A stretch of 64,000 bases of DNA from an uncultured bacterium (GCA_963813485.1 CAWEZE010000017.1:65919-129918); one strand, 5' to 3'. Numbered from the stretch's first letter, positions 29,574-40,145 are shown. Translations and numbers: made by a program. Notes: a model not told the origin generated them from the letters alone.

Positions 29574-30713
29574 GTGGACCGTGAACGTTTCCCCGGGCTC
29601 CGTGACGACTGGGTCCGGCTCGATGGCCCGGCCGGGACGCAGGCCCTCGACAACGCCATAGAAGCGGCCGCCGTCTGGTGGCGCTCGGGAGATCCCGCAA
29701 ACGCGCACGGGCCGTTCCCGCAGGCTGCCGCCACCGATGCGCTCGTCTGGTCGACCCGCGAGACCTGCGCGGAGCTTCTCGGCGGCCAGCCGGAGAGCAT
29801 CGCCTTCGGCGAGTCGATGACCTCCCTCACGATGCGTTTCGCTGCCGCCGTGGGCCGAACGCTCGGCCCCGGTGACGAGGTCGTCGTGACCCGGCTCGAC
29901 CACGATGGCAACGTCAGGCCGTGGGTGGTGGCTGCCGAGCGGGCGGGCGCCACCGTGCGCTTCGCCGAGCCCGACCGAGACACGCTGGCCCTCGAGCCTG
30001 CGCACGTCGCGGCCGTCCTGTCCGAGCGCACGCGGTGGCTCGCCTTCACCGCCACCTCGAACGTCACCGGCACGGCCCCCGACGTCGCCGCCATCTGCCG
30101 CCTCGCTCGCGACGCCGGCGCCCGCACGTACATCGATGCCGTCGCCGCCACCCCCCACCGGCGCGTCGACCGCCAGGGCTGGGGCGCCGACGCCGTCGTC
30201 TGCTCCGCCTACAAGTGGTACGGCCCGCACGTCGGCGTGTTGAGCGCCGACCCGGCCCTCCTGGCCGGAGTGCACCCCGACAAACTCGTCCCTTCCCCCG
30301 ACACCGTGCCCGAACGGTGGGAGCTCGGCACCCTCCCCTTCGAGCAGCTCGCAGGGGTGCGGGCTGCGGCCCGGTTCATGCTCGATCGAGTCGTCCCGCA
30401 CGGCTGGGTGGAGGAGCAGGCCCTGGGCGACAAGCTCGACGCCGGGCTGCGGGCGATCGACGGCGTGGCCGTGCTCGGCGAGCGTCGCCCGGGCGATGCC
30501 CCGACACGCTGGTTCACGGTGACCGGCGTCGAGCCCGAGCACACTGCCCGGCGGCTGGCTGCGCAGCGGATCGCGGTGTGGAGCGGCACGAACTACGCGT
30601 GGGAGATCGCCCATTGGCTCGGGCTGGGCGACGTCGGCGCCGTGCGGGCCGGCCTGGTCCACTACAACGACGCGACGGACGTCGACCGCTTCCTCGATGC
30701 CCTCGCCGGGTAG
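29574..30713 (+). CDS. Class V aminotransferase, cysteine-desulfurase-like
   Basis: 379 aa, intact. Contains …ESIAFGESMTSLTMRFA…GDEVVVTRLDHDGNVRPW…AFTATSNVTGTAPDV…YIDAVAATPHRRVD…VVCSAYKWYGPHVG (PLP-Lys region SAYKWYGPH). Confidence 0.8.
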   Translation: MDRERFPGLRDDWVRLDGPAGTQALDNAIEAAAVWWRSGDPANAHGPFPQAAATDALVWSTRETCAELLGGQPESIAFGESMTSLTMRFAAAVGRTLGPGDEVVVTRLDHDGNVRPWVVAAERAGATVRFAEPDRDTLALEPAHVAAVLSERTRWLAFTATSNVTGTAPDVAAICRLARDAGARTYIDAVAATPHRRVDRQGWGADAVVCSAYKWYGPHVGVLSADPALLAGVHPDKLVPSPDTVPERWELGTLPFEQLAGVRAAARFMLDRVVPHGWVEEQALGDKLDAGLRAIDGVAVLGERRPGDAPTRWFTVTGVEPEHTARRLAAQRIAVWSGTNYAWEIAHWLGLGDVGAVRAGLVHYNDATDVDRFLDALAG

Positions 30714-30720
30714 CCAGGCC

Positions 30721-31638
30721 ATGGGCCCGGACCAGGCTTCGGGACGGCGCCTGCGGATCGGCGTGCAGCTTCCCGAGGTCGAGCGGCACGTGCCGTGGGC
30801 CGAGTACCTGGCCATGGCGCGCGCTGCCGAGGAGGTGGGCTTCGACTCGGTGTGGGTTGGAGACCATCTGCTGTACCGCGGCGACGGCCGCGAGGCGCGC
30901 GGGCCCTGGGACGCCTGGAGCGTCCTCGCCGCGATCGCGGCGACCACCGAGCGCGTCCGGCTCGGCCCCCTGGTTGCGTGCACCGCGTTTGCGGCGCCGG
31001 GCCTGCTGGCGAGGAGGGCGGCCGCGGTCCAAGAGATCAGCGGTGGACGACTCGTGCTCGGGCTGGGCGCGGGATGGAACGAGACGGAGTTCCGCGCCTT
31101 CGGCGTTCCCTTCGACCACCGCGCCTCGCGCTTCGGTGAGTCGTTCGAGATCATCCGGCGCCTGCTCGCCGGCGAGCGGGTGACCTACGAAGGGCGCTTC
31201 GAGCACGTGCGCGACGCGGTTCTGCTGCCGAGGCCGGCCGCCCCGCCTCCGCTGATGATCGGCTCGACGGGTGAGCACGTCCTGCGCATCGCATTGCCGT
31301 ACGCCGACGCGTGGAACGTCTGGTACGACCTGTACGGGAACACGCCGGAGGGGTTCGCCGAGGAGAACGCCCGAGTCAGCCGGCTCGTTCGGGAAACCGG
31401 TCGACGACAGTCCGACGTCGTGCGCAGTGCCACGGCGTTCGTCACCCTGGAGGGCCGCGGTCGCGATCGACCTCACACCCGGGACGTGCGTCACCTGACC
31501 GGCCCGCCCCAGACGATCGCCAACGGGCTGATGGATCTGGCCGCCGCCGGCGCCGAGGAGGCCATCCTCGTGGTGAGCCCGATCTCGGAACGCTCGATTC
31601 GAACACTGGGCGACGTCATCGCCATGGTCGCCGGCTGA
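30721..31638 (+). CDS. LLM-class F420-dependent-type (luciferase-like) oxidoreductase
   Basis: ATG 30721 lies 7 nt after the upstream stop. The product reads …LRIGVQLPEVERHVPWAEYLAMARAAEEVGFDSVWVGDHLLY…LGPLVACTAFAAPGLLARRAAAVQEISGGRLVLGLGAGWNETEFRAFGVPFDHRASRFGESFEIIRRLL…. Intact. Confidence 0.85.
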   Translation: MGPDQASGRRLRIGVQLPEVERHVPWAEYLAMARAAEEVGFDSVWVGDHLLYRGDGREARGPWDAWSVLAAIAATTERVRLGPLVACTAFAAPGLLARRAAAVQEISGGRLVLGLGAGWNETEFRAFGVPFDHRASRFGESFEIIRRLLAGERVTYEGRFEHVRDAVLLPRPAAPPPLMIGSTGEHVLRIALPYADAWNVWYDLYGNTPEGFAEENARVSRLVRETGRRQSDVVRSATAFVTLEGRGRDRPHTRDVRHLTGPPQTIANGLMDLAAAGAEEAILVVSPISERSIRTLGDVIAMVAG

Positions 31639-31645
31639 CTCTGCC

Positions 31646-33190
31646 GTGCCGGTCGGGGCGCGGCCATGGCGCCCGGAGCCGTTCGTGGTTACGTTCGGGT
31701 TCCTGGAGCGCATCCCGCACGTCATCGCCGGCGAGGTCCGGCCGGGCCGCGGTGACAGGGTCGCGCCCGTGTTCGATCCGGCCACCGGGCGCCAGACCGC
31801 CGAGGTGGGTCTCGCCGACGTCGCCGAGGTCGACGAGGCGGTCTCCGCCGCCCGCGTCGCCCAGCGGCGCTGGCGGGAGGTCCCCCTCGGCCGGCGGGTG
31901 CAGGTGCTGTTCTCGCTCCGGGAGCTGGTGGCCGGCCACGAGGACGAGCTCGCCGCGGTCATCACCGCGCAGCACGGCAAGACCCTCGCCGACGCGCGGG
32001 GCGAGGTGCTCCGGGGGCTCGAGTGCATCGAGTACGCGTGTGGCCTCCCCGAGCTGCTCAAAGGTGAGGTGTCGGCCCAGGTGGCGGCCGGAGTCGACGT
32101 GCGGTCGCTACGCCAGCCGGTGGGCGTGGTGGCCTGCATCACGCCGTTCAACTTTCCCTGCATGGTGCCCCTGTGGATGCTCCCCAACGCCATCGCCTGC
32201 GGCAACGCGGTCGTGCTCAAGCCCTCGGAGCGGGATCCGGGCGCGTCGGTGCTGCTGGCTGAGCTGTGGCGGCGGGCGGGCCTGCCGGACGGCGTCCTCA
32301 ACGTCGTCCAGGGCGACGGGGTGGCGGTCGACCGCCTCCTCGAGCACCCGGCGGTGGCGGCCGTCAGCTTCGTGGGCTCCACGCCGGTGGCCCGCCACGT
32401 GTACGAGACCGGCACCGCCGCCGGAAAGCGGGTGCAGGCCCTCGGCGGCGCGAAGAACCACATGGTCGTCCTTCCCGACGCCGACCTGGACGTCGCCGCC
32501 GACGCCGCGGTCAGCGCTGCCTACGGCTCGGCCGGTGAGCGCTGCATGGCCGTCTCCGTGCTGGTAGCAGTCGGTGGCATCGGTGATGCCCTGGTCGACG
32601 CGCTGCGCCTCCGCCTCGACAAGCTCGTGATCGGACCCGGCACCGACCCGGCATCCGAGATGGGGCCGCTCATCACCCGGGAGCACCGCGACCGCGTCGC
32701 GTCACACGTGGCGTCGGCGGCCGACGCCGGAGCCCGCATCGCCGTCGACGGGCGGGGCAAGGTCGTCCCCGGTGACGGCTTCTTTCTCGGGGCGACGCTG
32801 CTCGACGACGTCACCCCCGACATGCAGGCGTACCGCGACGAGATCTTCGGGCCGGTGCTGTGCGTGGTGCGGGCCGAGCGCTACGACGACGCCGTGGACC
32901 TCATCAACGCCAACCCCTACGGCAACGGCGTGGCGATCTTCACCCGGGACGGCGGCGCGGCTCGCCGCTTCGAGCAGGAGGTCGAGGCCGGCATGGTGGG
33001 TGTCAACGTGCCGATCCCCGTCCCGGCCGCGCAGTTCAGCTTCGGCGGCTGGGGTTCCTCGCTCTTCGGCGACGCCCACATGTACGGCCCGGAGGGCGTG
33101 CGGTTCTACACACGAGGGAAGGTCGTGACCACCCGCTGGCCAGATCCCGCCACCAGCTCGGTCGACCTCGGCTTCCCCCGGAACCGCTGA
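31646..33190 (+). CDS. mmsA: CoA-acylating methylmalonate-semialdehyde dehydrogenase
   Basis: Intact. Contains …IPHVIAGE…QHGKTLADARGEVLRGLECIEYACGLPELLKGE…ITPFNFPCMVPLWMLPNAIACGNAVVLKPSERDP…FVGSTPVARHVY…GGAKNHMVVLPDADLD…GERCMAVSV…FSFGGWGSSLFGD…. This is the MmsA subfamily signature. The exact start is uncertain. Confidence 0.88.
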   Translation: MPVGARPWRPEPFVVTFGFLERIPHVIAGEVRPGRGDRVAPVFDPATGRQTAEVGLADVAEVDEAVSAARVAQRRWREVPLGRRVQVLFSLRELVAGHEDELAAVITAQHGKTLADARGEVLRGLECIEYACGLPELLKGEVSAQVAAGVDVRSLRQPVGVVACITPFNFPCMVPLWMLPNAIACGNAVVLKPSERDPGASVLLAELWRRAGLPDGVLNVVQGDGVAVDRLLEHPAVAAVSFVGSTPVARHVYETGTAAGKRVQALGGAKNHMVVLPDADLDVAADAAVSAAYGSAGERCMAVSVLVAVGGIGDALVDALRLRLDKLVIGPGTDPASEMGPLITREHRDRVASHVASAADAGARIAVDGRGKVVPGDGFFLGATLLDDVTPDMQAYRDEIFGPVLCVVRAERYDDAVDLINANPYGNGVAIFTRDGGAARRFEQEVEAGMVGVNVPIPVPAAQFSFGGWGSSLFGDAHMYGPEGVRFYTRGKVVTTRWPDPATSSVDLGFPRNR

Positions 33191-33207
33191 CGCCGGCGAG
33201 CGTACGG

Positions 33208-34395
33208 TCAGGCGACCCGCTGCAGCAGCGTGCCGGTGCCGAGCCCACCACCGCAGCACATGGTGACCAGCGCGTGCTCGCCGTCGCTGCGCTCGAGCTC
33301 GTGGACGGCCTTGGTCACGAGTATGCAGCCGGTGCCGCCGAGCGGGTGCCCGAGGGCGATGGCGCCGCCGTTCGGGTTCACCTTCTCCATGTCGGCTCCG
33401 CAGGCCTTGGCCCAGGCCAGCACGACCGACGCGAACGCCTCGTTGATCTCGATCACGTCGACGTCGTCGAGGCGCAGGCCGCTCCGGTCGAGCAGGCGCT
33501 CGGTGGCGGGGATCGGCCCCTCGAGCATCAGCACCGGGTCGCAGCCGACCAGGCACGTCTGCGCCACCCGCGCCCGGGCCCGTAGCCCCAGCTCGTCGGC
33601 CATGTCCTTGGCCATGACCAGCACCGCCGCGGCGCCGTCGGCGATCTGGGAGCTGGTCCCCGCGGTGTGGATCCCGTCGTCGCGTGCCACCGGCTTGAGG
33701 GCGGCGAGCGCCTCCAGGCTCGTCTCGCGCGGCACCTCGTCGACGGCGAACGTGACGGTCTCGTCCAGCCGTCGGCCGTCGTCGTCGACCTTGACGGCTT
33801 CGATCGGTAGCACCTGGGTCTCGAAGCGGCCCTCGTCGAGGGCCCGGCGGGCTCGGAGCTGCGACTCGAGCCCGAACGCGTCGGCATCAAGGCGGGTGAT
33901 GCCGTACTTGGCGGCAATGCGCTCGGCGCCCTCGAACTGCGACGTGAACTCGTAGTGGGCGGCGTAGGTGCGGTTCACGGGCTTGCCGTGCCCGGCGGCG
34001 GCGCCGTCCATGGCATTGGCGCCGAGCGGGACGGTGCTCATGTTCTCGACGCCGCAGGCCAACGCAATGTCCTCGGCCCCGGAGCCGACGAGGCCCACCG
34101 CCAGGTTGAATGCCTGCTGGGAAGATCCGCACGCGCTGTCGACGGTCGTGCAGGCGACCGCCTGGGGCAGGCCGGCCGCCAGCCAGGCGTTGCGGGTGAT
34201 GTTGCCCGATTGGGCGCCGACCTGATCGATGCAGCCGCCGACCACCTGGCCGACGCTCGCCGGATCGAGGCCGGCGCGATCGAGCACCGCGGACTGCAGC
34301 GGCCCCAGCATGTCGAGGGGGTGAGTGCGGGCCAGCGTGCCATTCTTGCGGCCCACTGCGGTGCGGGCGGCCTCGACGATCACGACCTCGCGCAT
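33208..34395 (-). CDS. Acetyl-CoA acetyltransferase (thiolase)
   Basis: From ATG 34395: MREVVIVEAARTAVGRKNG…TTVDSACGSSQQAF…NEAFASVVLAW…NPNGGAIALGHPLGGTGC…TMCCGGGLGTGTLL. Intact. The ORF-track extension to 34482 is unlikely. Confidence 0.9.
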   Translation of the reverse strand: MREVVIVEAARTAVGRKNGTLARTHPLDMLGPLQSAVLDRAGLDPASVGQVVGGCIDQVGAQSGNITRNAWLAAGLPQAVACTTVDSACGSSQQAFNLAVGLVGSGAEDIALACGVENMSTVPLGANAMDGAAAGHGKPVNRTYAAHYEFTSQFEGAERIAAKYGITRLDADAFGLESQLRARRALDEGRFETQVLPIEAVKVDDDGRRLDETVTFAVDEVPRETSLEALAALKPVARDDGIHTAGTSSQIADGAAAVLVMAKDMADELGLRARARVAQTCLVGCDPVLMLEGPIPATERLLDRSGLRLDDVDVIEINEAFASVVLAWAKACGADMEKVNPNGGAIALGHPLGGTGCILVTKAVHELERSDGEHALVTMCCGGGLGTGTLLQRVA

Positions 34396-34580
34396 CGTGT
34401 GCTCCTCCTCAGGGTCTGCGATTCCTGATACTCTATTCGCCCGATTAGGACCTGAGCGGATAGGCACGTCCTCTTGGCTCATGGTGGTCAGTGTTCCCGG
34501 GGAGCCGAGCCGTGGAGCTGGCCGTCGACCGCCAAATTCCCACGCGTAGGCTGCACGAACCGCCCTATCCGCTCGGCTCC

Positions 34581-34615
34581 TTAGCGGATCAGCGGGCCGT
34601 CAGCGGATCAGCGGG
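34581..34615. repeat. Tandem duplication (period 19) of the last codons and stop of the fused acyl-CoA dehydrogenase gene
   Basis: The core AGCGGATCAGCGGG occurs at 34583-34596 and at 34602-34615. On the coding strand this reads …CCGCTGATCCGCTGA (real end, PLIR*), followed 4 nt later by CCGCTGATCCGCTAA. Confidence 0.75.
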
Positions 34616-36757
34616 TCCCTGGGCAGGCCCAGGATGCGCTCGCCGATCTGGTTGCGCTTGATCTCGGACGTGCCGCCGGCGATCGACAGCGCCCGGTGCA
34701 TGAGGACGAGCCTGCCGGATATCGCTCCCGGCCCGTCGAGGAACGCGCCCTCGGGCCCGGTCAGCTCCGCCAGGATCGCGGCCGCTTCATGGCCGTTCTC
34801 CGACAGCACCAGCTTGGTGACGTTGCCCTCGGGCCCGGGCCCGCCGCCGGCTACCGCCCGGTGTGCGCTGCGCAGGTTGAGCCCATCCATCGCCTGGCTG
34901 CGGGCGATGTAGCGACCCACCCGGCCGGCGCCGCCGGACAGTCGCTCGGCGTGGGCGTCGAGCGGGCCGATCAGCGCTGCGCCGGGCAGCGCCGCGCCGC
35001 CCTGCCCGCCACCGATGCTGACGCTCTCGTTGCCGAGCGTGGCGCGGGCCACGGTCCATCCGCCGTCGACGGGCCCCACGACGTCGTCGTCCGGCACGAA
35101 CACGTCGTTGAAGAACACCTCGTTGAACTCGGACCCTCCCGTCGGCATCTTGAGTGGCCGCACCTCGACGCCGTTGGCCTTCATGTCGATCACCATGGTG
35201 CTGATGCCGTTGTGCTTGGGTGCGTCGGGGTTGGTGCGCACGGTGGCGAGGCCATAGCGGCTGAGGTGCGCCCCGCTGGTCCACACCTTCTGGCCATTCA
35301 CGAGCCAGCCACCCTCCACGCGGGTGCCTCGGGTCTTGATGCCGGCTGCGTCCGACCCGGCGTCCGGCTCGCTGAACAGCTGGCACCAGACGACCTCCTG
35401 GGCGAGCGCCGGACGCACCCACCGGTCGACCTGGTCGGGGGAGGCGTGCTGGATCAGTGTCAGGATGACCCACCCGGTGATGCCGTAAGTTCGGGCGACT
35501 GATGCCGGCGGCAGCGAACTCCTGCTCGATCACGAGCTGCTCGACCGCTCCCGCCGCCCGTCCCCAGGGCGGCGGCCAGTGAGGCGTGACATACCCCGAG
35601 TCGATGAGCTCCCGGCGGCGACCGTCCTCGTCGAGGTTCTCGACGCCCGCGACGAAGGTGCGCACCTCCTCGCGGGATGCCTCGGCCTCCGGCGGCAGGT
35701 CGACGGTGCGCTCGCGGCGCACACCCCGGCGGGTCAGGTCCGTGACCGCCACCGCGGCGGCCTCGGTGTCGACGATCGCCGCGATGGCGGCGGCACGCCG
35801 CAGGTAGAGGTGCGCGTCGTGCTCCCACGTGTAGCCGATGCCGCCGTGCACCTGCATGTTGAGCTGGGCGCAGAGGTCGGCGGCGGGCACGGCCAGCGTG
35901 GCGGCGACCGCCGCGATGTAGCTGAACTGGTCGCCTCCGCCGGCGGCCGCCCGGGCGGCGTCCCACACGGCAGCGGTCGCCAGCTCGGTCGCCACCAGCA
36001 TGTCGGCGCAGTGGTGCTTGACGGCCTGGAACGTGGCGATCGGGCGGCCGAACTGCTCACGGACCTTGGCGTACTCGCTGGCCGTCTCGGTGCAGGCCCG
36101 GGCGACACCGGTCGCCTCGGCGGCCAGGATCGCCCGGGCCAGGTCGAGCAGCACCGCTTGGCCGCCGACCACCACGTCGGCCGGGGTCCCCTCGAGCGTG
36201 ACGTTGGCCGCCCGTCGCGTCGGGTCGAGGTTCGGGTGGGCCTCGACGGTCACACCCGGGTCGTGCACGTCGACGACGGCGACGTCGGCTCCGACCGGTA
36301 CGAGCAGGACGTCGGCCAGCCCGGCGCCCAGCACAACCCCGGCACCTCCGTACGCGGCCCCGTCGCGGACCTCGACGTCGCCGCCGAGGGCGACCGCACC
36401 GATCGTCGTGCCCGCGGCGAGCCCGGGCAGGAGGCGCTCCTGCAGGTCGGCGGGGGCGGCCGCGGCCAGAACGGCGCTGGCGATGACGGTGGGGACGAAC
36501 GGGCCCGGGGCCACGGCGCGTCCTAGTTCCTCGACCACGACGACCAGCTCGGGCAGCCCGTAGCCCGACCCGCCGCGCGCCTCGGGGATGTGCAGCCCGA
36601 GCCAGCCGAGTGCACGCAGCTCGTCCCACAGCTCGGGCCGATCCTCGGTCGGGGCCTCGAGGAGCCGGCGGGCGGCGGCGGTGGCGTTGTGCTTGAGCAG
36701 GAAGTCGGCGACGGTGTCGCCGAGGGCCCGATGATCTTCGGTGATGGCGATCGGCAT
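34600..36757 (-). pseudogene. Fused two-module acyl-CoA dehydrogenase (FadE-like, ~718 aa), 1 frameshift
   Basis: The N-terminal module (MPIAITEDHRALGDTVADFL…FQAVKHHCADM…HGGIGYTWEHDAHLYLRRA…) reads to …EQEFAAAGISRPN. Deleting one T near 35487 gives …YGITGWVILTLIQHASPDQVDRWVRPALAQEVVWCQLFSEPDAGSD…LGNESVSIGG…IAGGTSEIKRNQIGERILGLPRDPLIR*, which matches ORF 34600..35418. Confidence 0.85.
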
Positions 36758-36882
36758 GGCTAAACAGTAGCCTCTATTCTGGCGCTGTCCGACTAGAGGA
36801 ACTGTGACAAGGCCCGGCGCGAGACGTCACAGCGTCCGCAGGGAAGAACCTCGGCGTCACGCTGATCGCCCACAGGACTCGT

Positions 36883-38274
36883 TCAGTGACGGAAGCCCTC
36901 GCGACCTTCGGTGCTGGGGAGCGGGGCCGGGAGCCGGTCGAGGTACTCGACGTGGCGGCGGAGGTCGGCGACGAGCATGTCGGCGAGGTCGCGGGAGACG
37001 CCGTTGCGGATGACTATCCGCAACGCGGTGAGGTCCTGTCGATTCTCAGGGAATGTGTACGCCGGCACCAGCCAGCCCCGGTCACGCAGCCGCTCGGACA
37101 CGTCGAACACGGTGTAGGGCCGCGCGTTCCCGTCGAGGGTGAACGCGAACACCGGAAGCTCACTGCCGTCGGTGAGCAATCGGAACGGGCCGAGCTTGGC
37201 GATGGCGTCCGCCGTGTAGCGCGCCACGTCGCGAGCGGCCTGTTGCACCCGCCGGTAGCCGTCGAACCCCAGGCGCAGGAAGTTGTAGTACTGGGCCCCG
37301 ACCTGGTTGCCGGGCCGCGAGAAGTTCAACGCGAACGTCGGCATGTCCCCGCCGAGGTAGTTGACCTTGAACACCAGGTCGTCGGGGAGGGCGTCGGGGT
37401 TGCGCCAGATGACCCACCCGACGCCCGGGTAGACGAGCCCGTACTTGTGGCCCGAGGCGTTGATCGACTGCACGCGGGGCAGACTGAAGTCCCAGACGAG
37501 GTCCGGGTCGAGGAAGGGCGCAATGAACGCGCCCGACGCCCCGTCGACGTGCACAGGCACGTCCAGCCCCGAGTCGGCCTGGAACCGGTCGAGCGCCGCG
37601 CAGATGTCGGCGACCGGCTCGTACGACCCGTCGAACGTCGAGCCCAGCACCGCGACGACACCGATCGTGTTCTCGTCGCAGTGCGCCACCGCCGGGTCCG
37701 CCGTCAGGTGGAAGCGATCGCCCTCCATGGGCACCAGCCGGGCCTCGACCTCCCAGTAGCGACAGAACTTCTCCCAGCAGACCTGCACGTTGGCGCCCAT
37801 CACCATGTTGGGTTGATCGGTGGGTCTGCCGGCCGCCCGTTGCCGCTCGCGCCAGCGCCACTTCAGCGCCATGCCGGCGAGCATCGCGGCCTCGCTGGAG
37901 CCGGTCGTCGACGTTCCCGTGGCCTCGTCCTCGTCTGACGAGTTCCACAGCCGGCTGAGCATGTTCACGCAGCGCTGCTCGAGCTCCGCCGTGCGCGGGT
38001 ACTCGTCCTTGTCGATCATGTTCTTGTCGAACGTCTCCGCCATCAGCACGCGCGCCTGAGGCTCCATCCACGTCGTCACGAACGTGGCCAGGTTCAGACG
38101 CGCGTTGCCGTCGAGCATCAGCTCGTCGTGCACGATCTGGTAGGCGGTCTCTGGAAGCATCTCCGTGTCCGGGATGCGGTGGCGCGGCGCGTGCGTCGCC
38201 TCCCCGCCGCGGGTGTAGACGGGGTTCACGGACAAGGGAGCCGCGTCGTCGGCGAGCTTGCGGTGAAGTGCCAT
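36883..38274 (-). CDS. gadB: Glutamate decarboxylase (PLP-dependent)
   Basis: From ATG 38274: MALHRKLADDAAPLSVNPVYTRGGEATHAPRHRIPDTEMLPETAYQIVHDELMLDGNARLNLATFVTTWMEPQARVLMAETFDKNMIDKDEYPRTAELEQRCVNMLSRLWN…INASGHKYGLVYPGVGWVIWR. Intact, 463 aa. Confidence 0.92.
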   Translation of the reverse strand: MALHRKLADDAAPLSVNPVYTRGGEATHAPRHRIPDTEMLPETAYQIVHDELMLDGNARLNLATFVTTWMEPQARVLMAETFDKNMIDKDEYPRTAELEQRCVNMLSRLWNSSDEDEATGTSTTGSSEAAMLAGMALKWRWRERQRAAGRPTDQPNMVMGANVQVCWEKFCRYWEVEARLVPMEGDRFHLTADPAVAHCDENTIGVVAVLGSTFDGSYEPVADICAALDRFQADSGLDVPVHVDGASGAFIAPFLDPDLVWDFSLPRVQSINASGHKYGLVYPGVGWVIWRNPDALPDDLVFKVNYLGGDMPTFALNFSRPGNQVGAQYYNFLRLGFDGYRRVQQAARDVARYTADAIAKLGPFRLLTDGSELPVFAFTLDGNARPYTVFDVSERLRDRGWLVPAYTFPENRQDLTALRIVIRNGVSRDLADMLVADLRRHVEYLDRLPAPLPSTEGREGFRH

Positions 38275-38425
38275 GGGGTTTCCCCTTCCGTTGGGCCTGC
38301 CCCGACGATATGGAGAGGTCCAGCGCCCGCCACGTCCCCCCATCGGGGTGAATTCCGGTGTCCCCGCCGGGGCAGGCCGGGTTGCGTAGCATCGCCGGCG
38401 TGATCGGCGGCCTCACCCGTTAGCC

Positions 38426-40118
38426 ATGCGCGCCTGGCTCTCGCGCCTGGTCCTGGCGGTCGCCCGCCTCAGCCCGGCTGTTCGCCCTCACCGTCGTCGT
38501 CACACCCGTGTTGCTCGTCCGCAATCTCTTCGGTCCCACTGCCGGTCCGCGGGTGTTGCGCTGGTACTTCGAGGCATGCGGCGGCGGCTACGTGAAGGTC
38601 GGGCAGCTGCTGGCGACCCGCTACGACCTCCTGCCGGTCGAGTACACCGAGGAGCTCGGCAAGCTCCTCGACTCCCTGCGCCCGGTCCCCACCCCGAAGA
38701 TCATCCAGGAGATCGAGCGCGGGCTGGGCCGGCCGGTTCCCGAGGCGTTCGCGTCGTTCGGGCCCGAACCGATGGCCACGGCCTCGCTGGCGCAGGTGCA
38801 CGGCGCGGTGCTTGCCGGACGGCGACGAGGTGGTGGTCAAGGTGCTGAAGCCGGGGATCGGCGACCGCGTCCGCATCGACCTGCGGTTCCTGCGCCTGAG
38901 CGCTCGGGTGCTCGACCTGCTGCCCGGTGCTGCGGGGCCTCGACGTGAGCGGCCTGATCGACGACCTCTCCCGCACGGCCATCGACGAGCTCGACCTGGG
39001 CCGCGAGGCGATGTACACCGCCTACCTCCACGAGCAGATGGCCGCGGACCGATCGCGCACTACGCGCCCCGCGTGTACCGCGAACTGTCCAGCCGCAACG
39101 TGCTCACCCTGGAGCGCATCCACGGCGTGACGGTGCGAGAGATGCTCACCGCCACCACCAACGGCAACGGCGGCATGCTCGAGGCGTGGGCGGCGCGGGG
39201 GATCACGCCGCGCCGGACCGCGGTGATCCTGCTGCGGTCCGTCCTGGAGCAGACGATGCGCTACCGGACGTTCAACGCCGACCCCCACCCGTCCAACCTG
39301 ATCGTCAGCGATGGCGGGACCCTCAACTGGGTCGACTTCGGTGCGGTCGGCTGGATCGACGAGCGCCAGTGGGAGCTGCAGCTACGGCTCAGGGATGCGA
39401 TCGCCAACGAGCAGATCCACCAGCGCGTACCTCGCCCTGCTCGAGAGCATGGAGCCGCTGCCCTTCCGGAACCTCAGCCGGTTCGAACAGGAGATCAAGC
39501 GGATCCTGAGCGACTTCCTGATCGCGTCCGCGCGACCCGACGGCGCCGCTCAGCCAGAAGAGCACGGGCTCGTTCCTGGTCAAGACGTTGGCGACCCTGC
39601 GGCGCAACCGGCTCCCCATGACGTCGAGCACGATCCAGCTCTACCGCACCATCGTCGTCGCCGACATCGTGATGCTCAGCCTCTACCCGGCGATCGACTG
39701 GAGGGGCCACCTCCGCCGCTTCCTCCGCGACCTCTCGATCGACCTGCTCCAGCAGGCCGTGCGGGAGCCGCTGACATCCCCGTACACGGGTTTCCGGCTG
39801 GCCCGCGCGCCGATGGCGGCAGCCGACACGATCGAATGGGTGGTCCGCCGACTACCCGACATCGGTCGGCAGACGCTGCGCACGCTGTCGGCCGGCGAGC
39901 GACTCATACCCCACGCACTCCGGCTGTTGCGCCGGGCCGTCGGTGCTGGCGATCATCGGCGCCCTCGGGCTGGCGGTGATCAAGCCCGACGTCTCCTCGG
40001 AGAGCGCGTTCGGGGACGGTTCGTGCTCCGCATCGCCGACAACCCCTGGCCGGCGGTCACCATTGGTGTGCTCACCGCCTTGGTGCTGAGCTCGTTCATC
40101 CGGAGGCTCGAGGCGTGA
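38426..40118 (+). pseudogene. ABC1/UbiB (AarF) atypical kinase family, at least 8 frameshifts
   Basis: Family-typical segments are recoverable only by hopping frames. In order: MRAWLSRLVLAVARL / RLFALTVVVTPVLLVRNLFGPTAGPRVLRWYFEACGGGYVKVGQLLATRYDLLPVEYTEELGKLLDSLRPVP…ASLAQVHGAVL / PDGDEVVVKVLKPGIGDRVRIDLRFLRLSARVLDLL / LRGLDVSGLIDDLSRTAIDELDLGREAMYTAYLHEQMAADR / AHYAPRVYRELSSRNVLTLERIHGVTV…FNADPHPSNLIVSDGGTLNWVDFGAVGWIDE…NEQIH / SAYLALLESMEPLPFRNLSRFEQEIKRILSDF… / LVKTLATLRRNRLPMTSSTIQLYRTIVVADIVMLSLYP… plus C-terminal TM pieces. Shifts are near 38470, 38815, 38925, 39050, 39420, 39570, 39945 and 40015. Confidence 0.8.
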
Positions 40119-40145
40119 CGCCGGCCCCCGTGGATCTCGAGGCGG

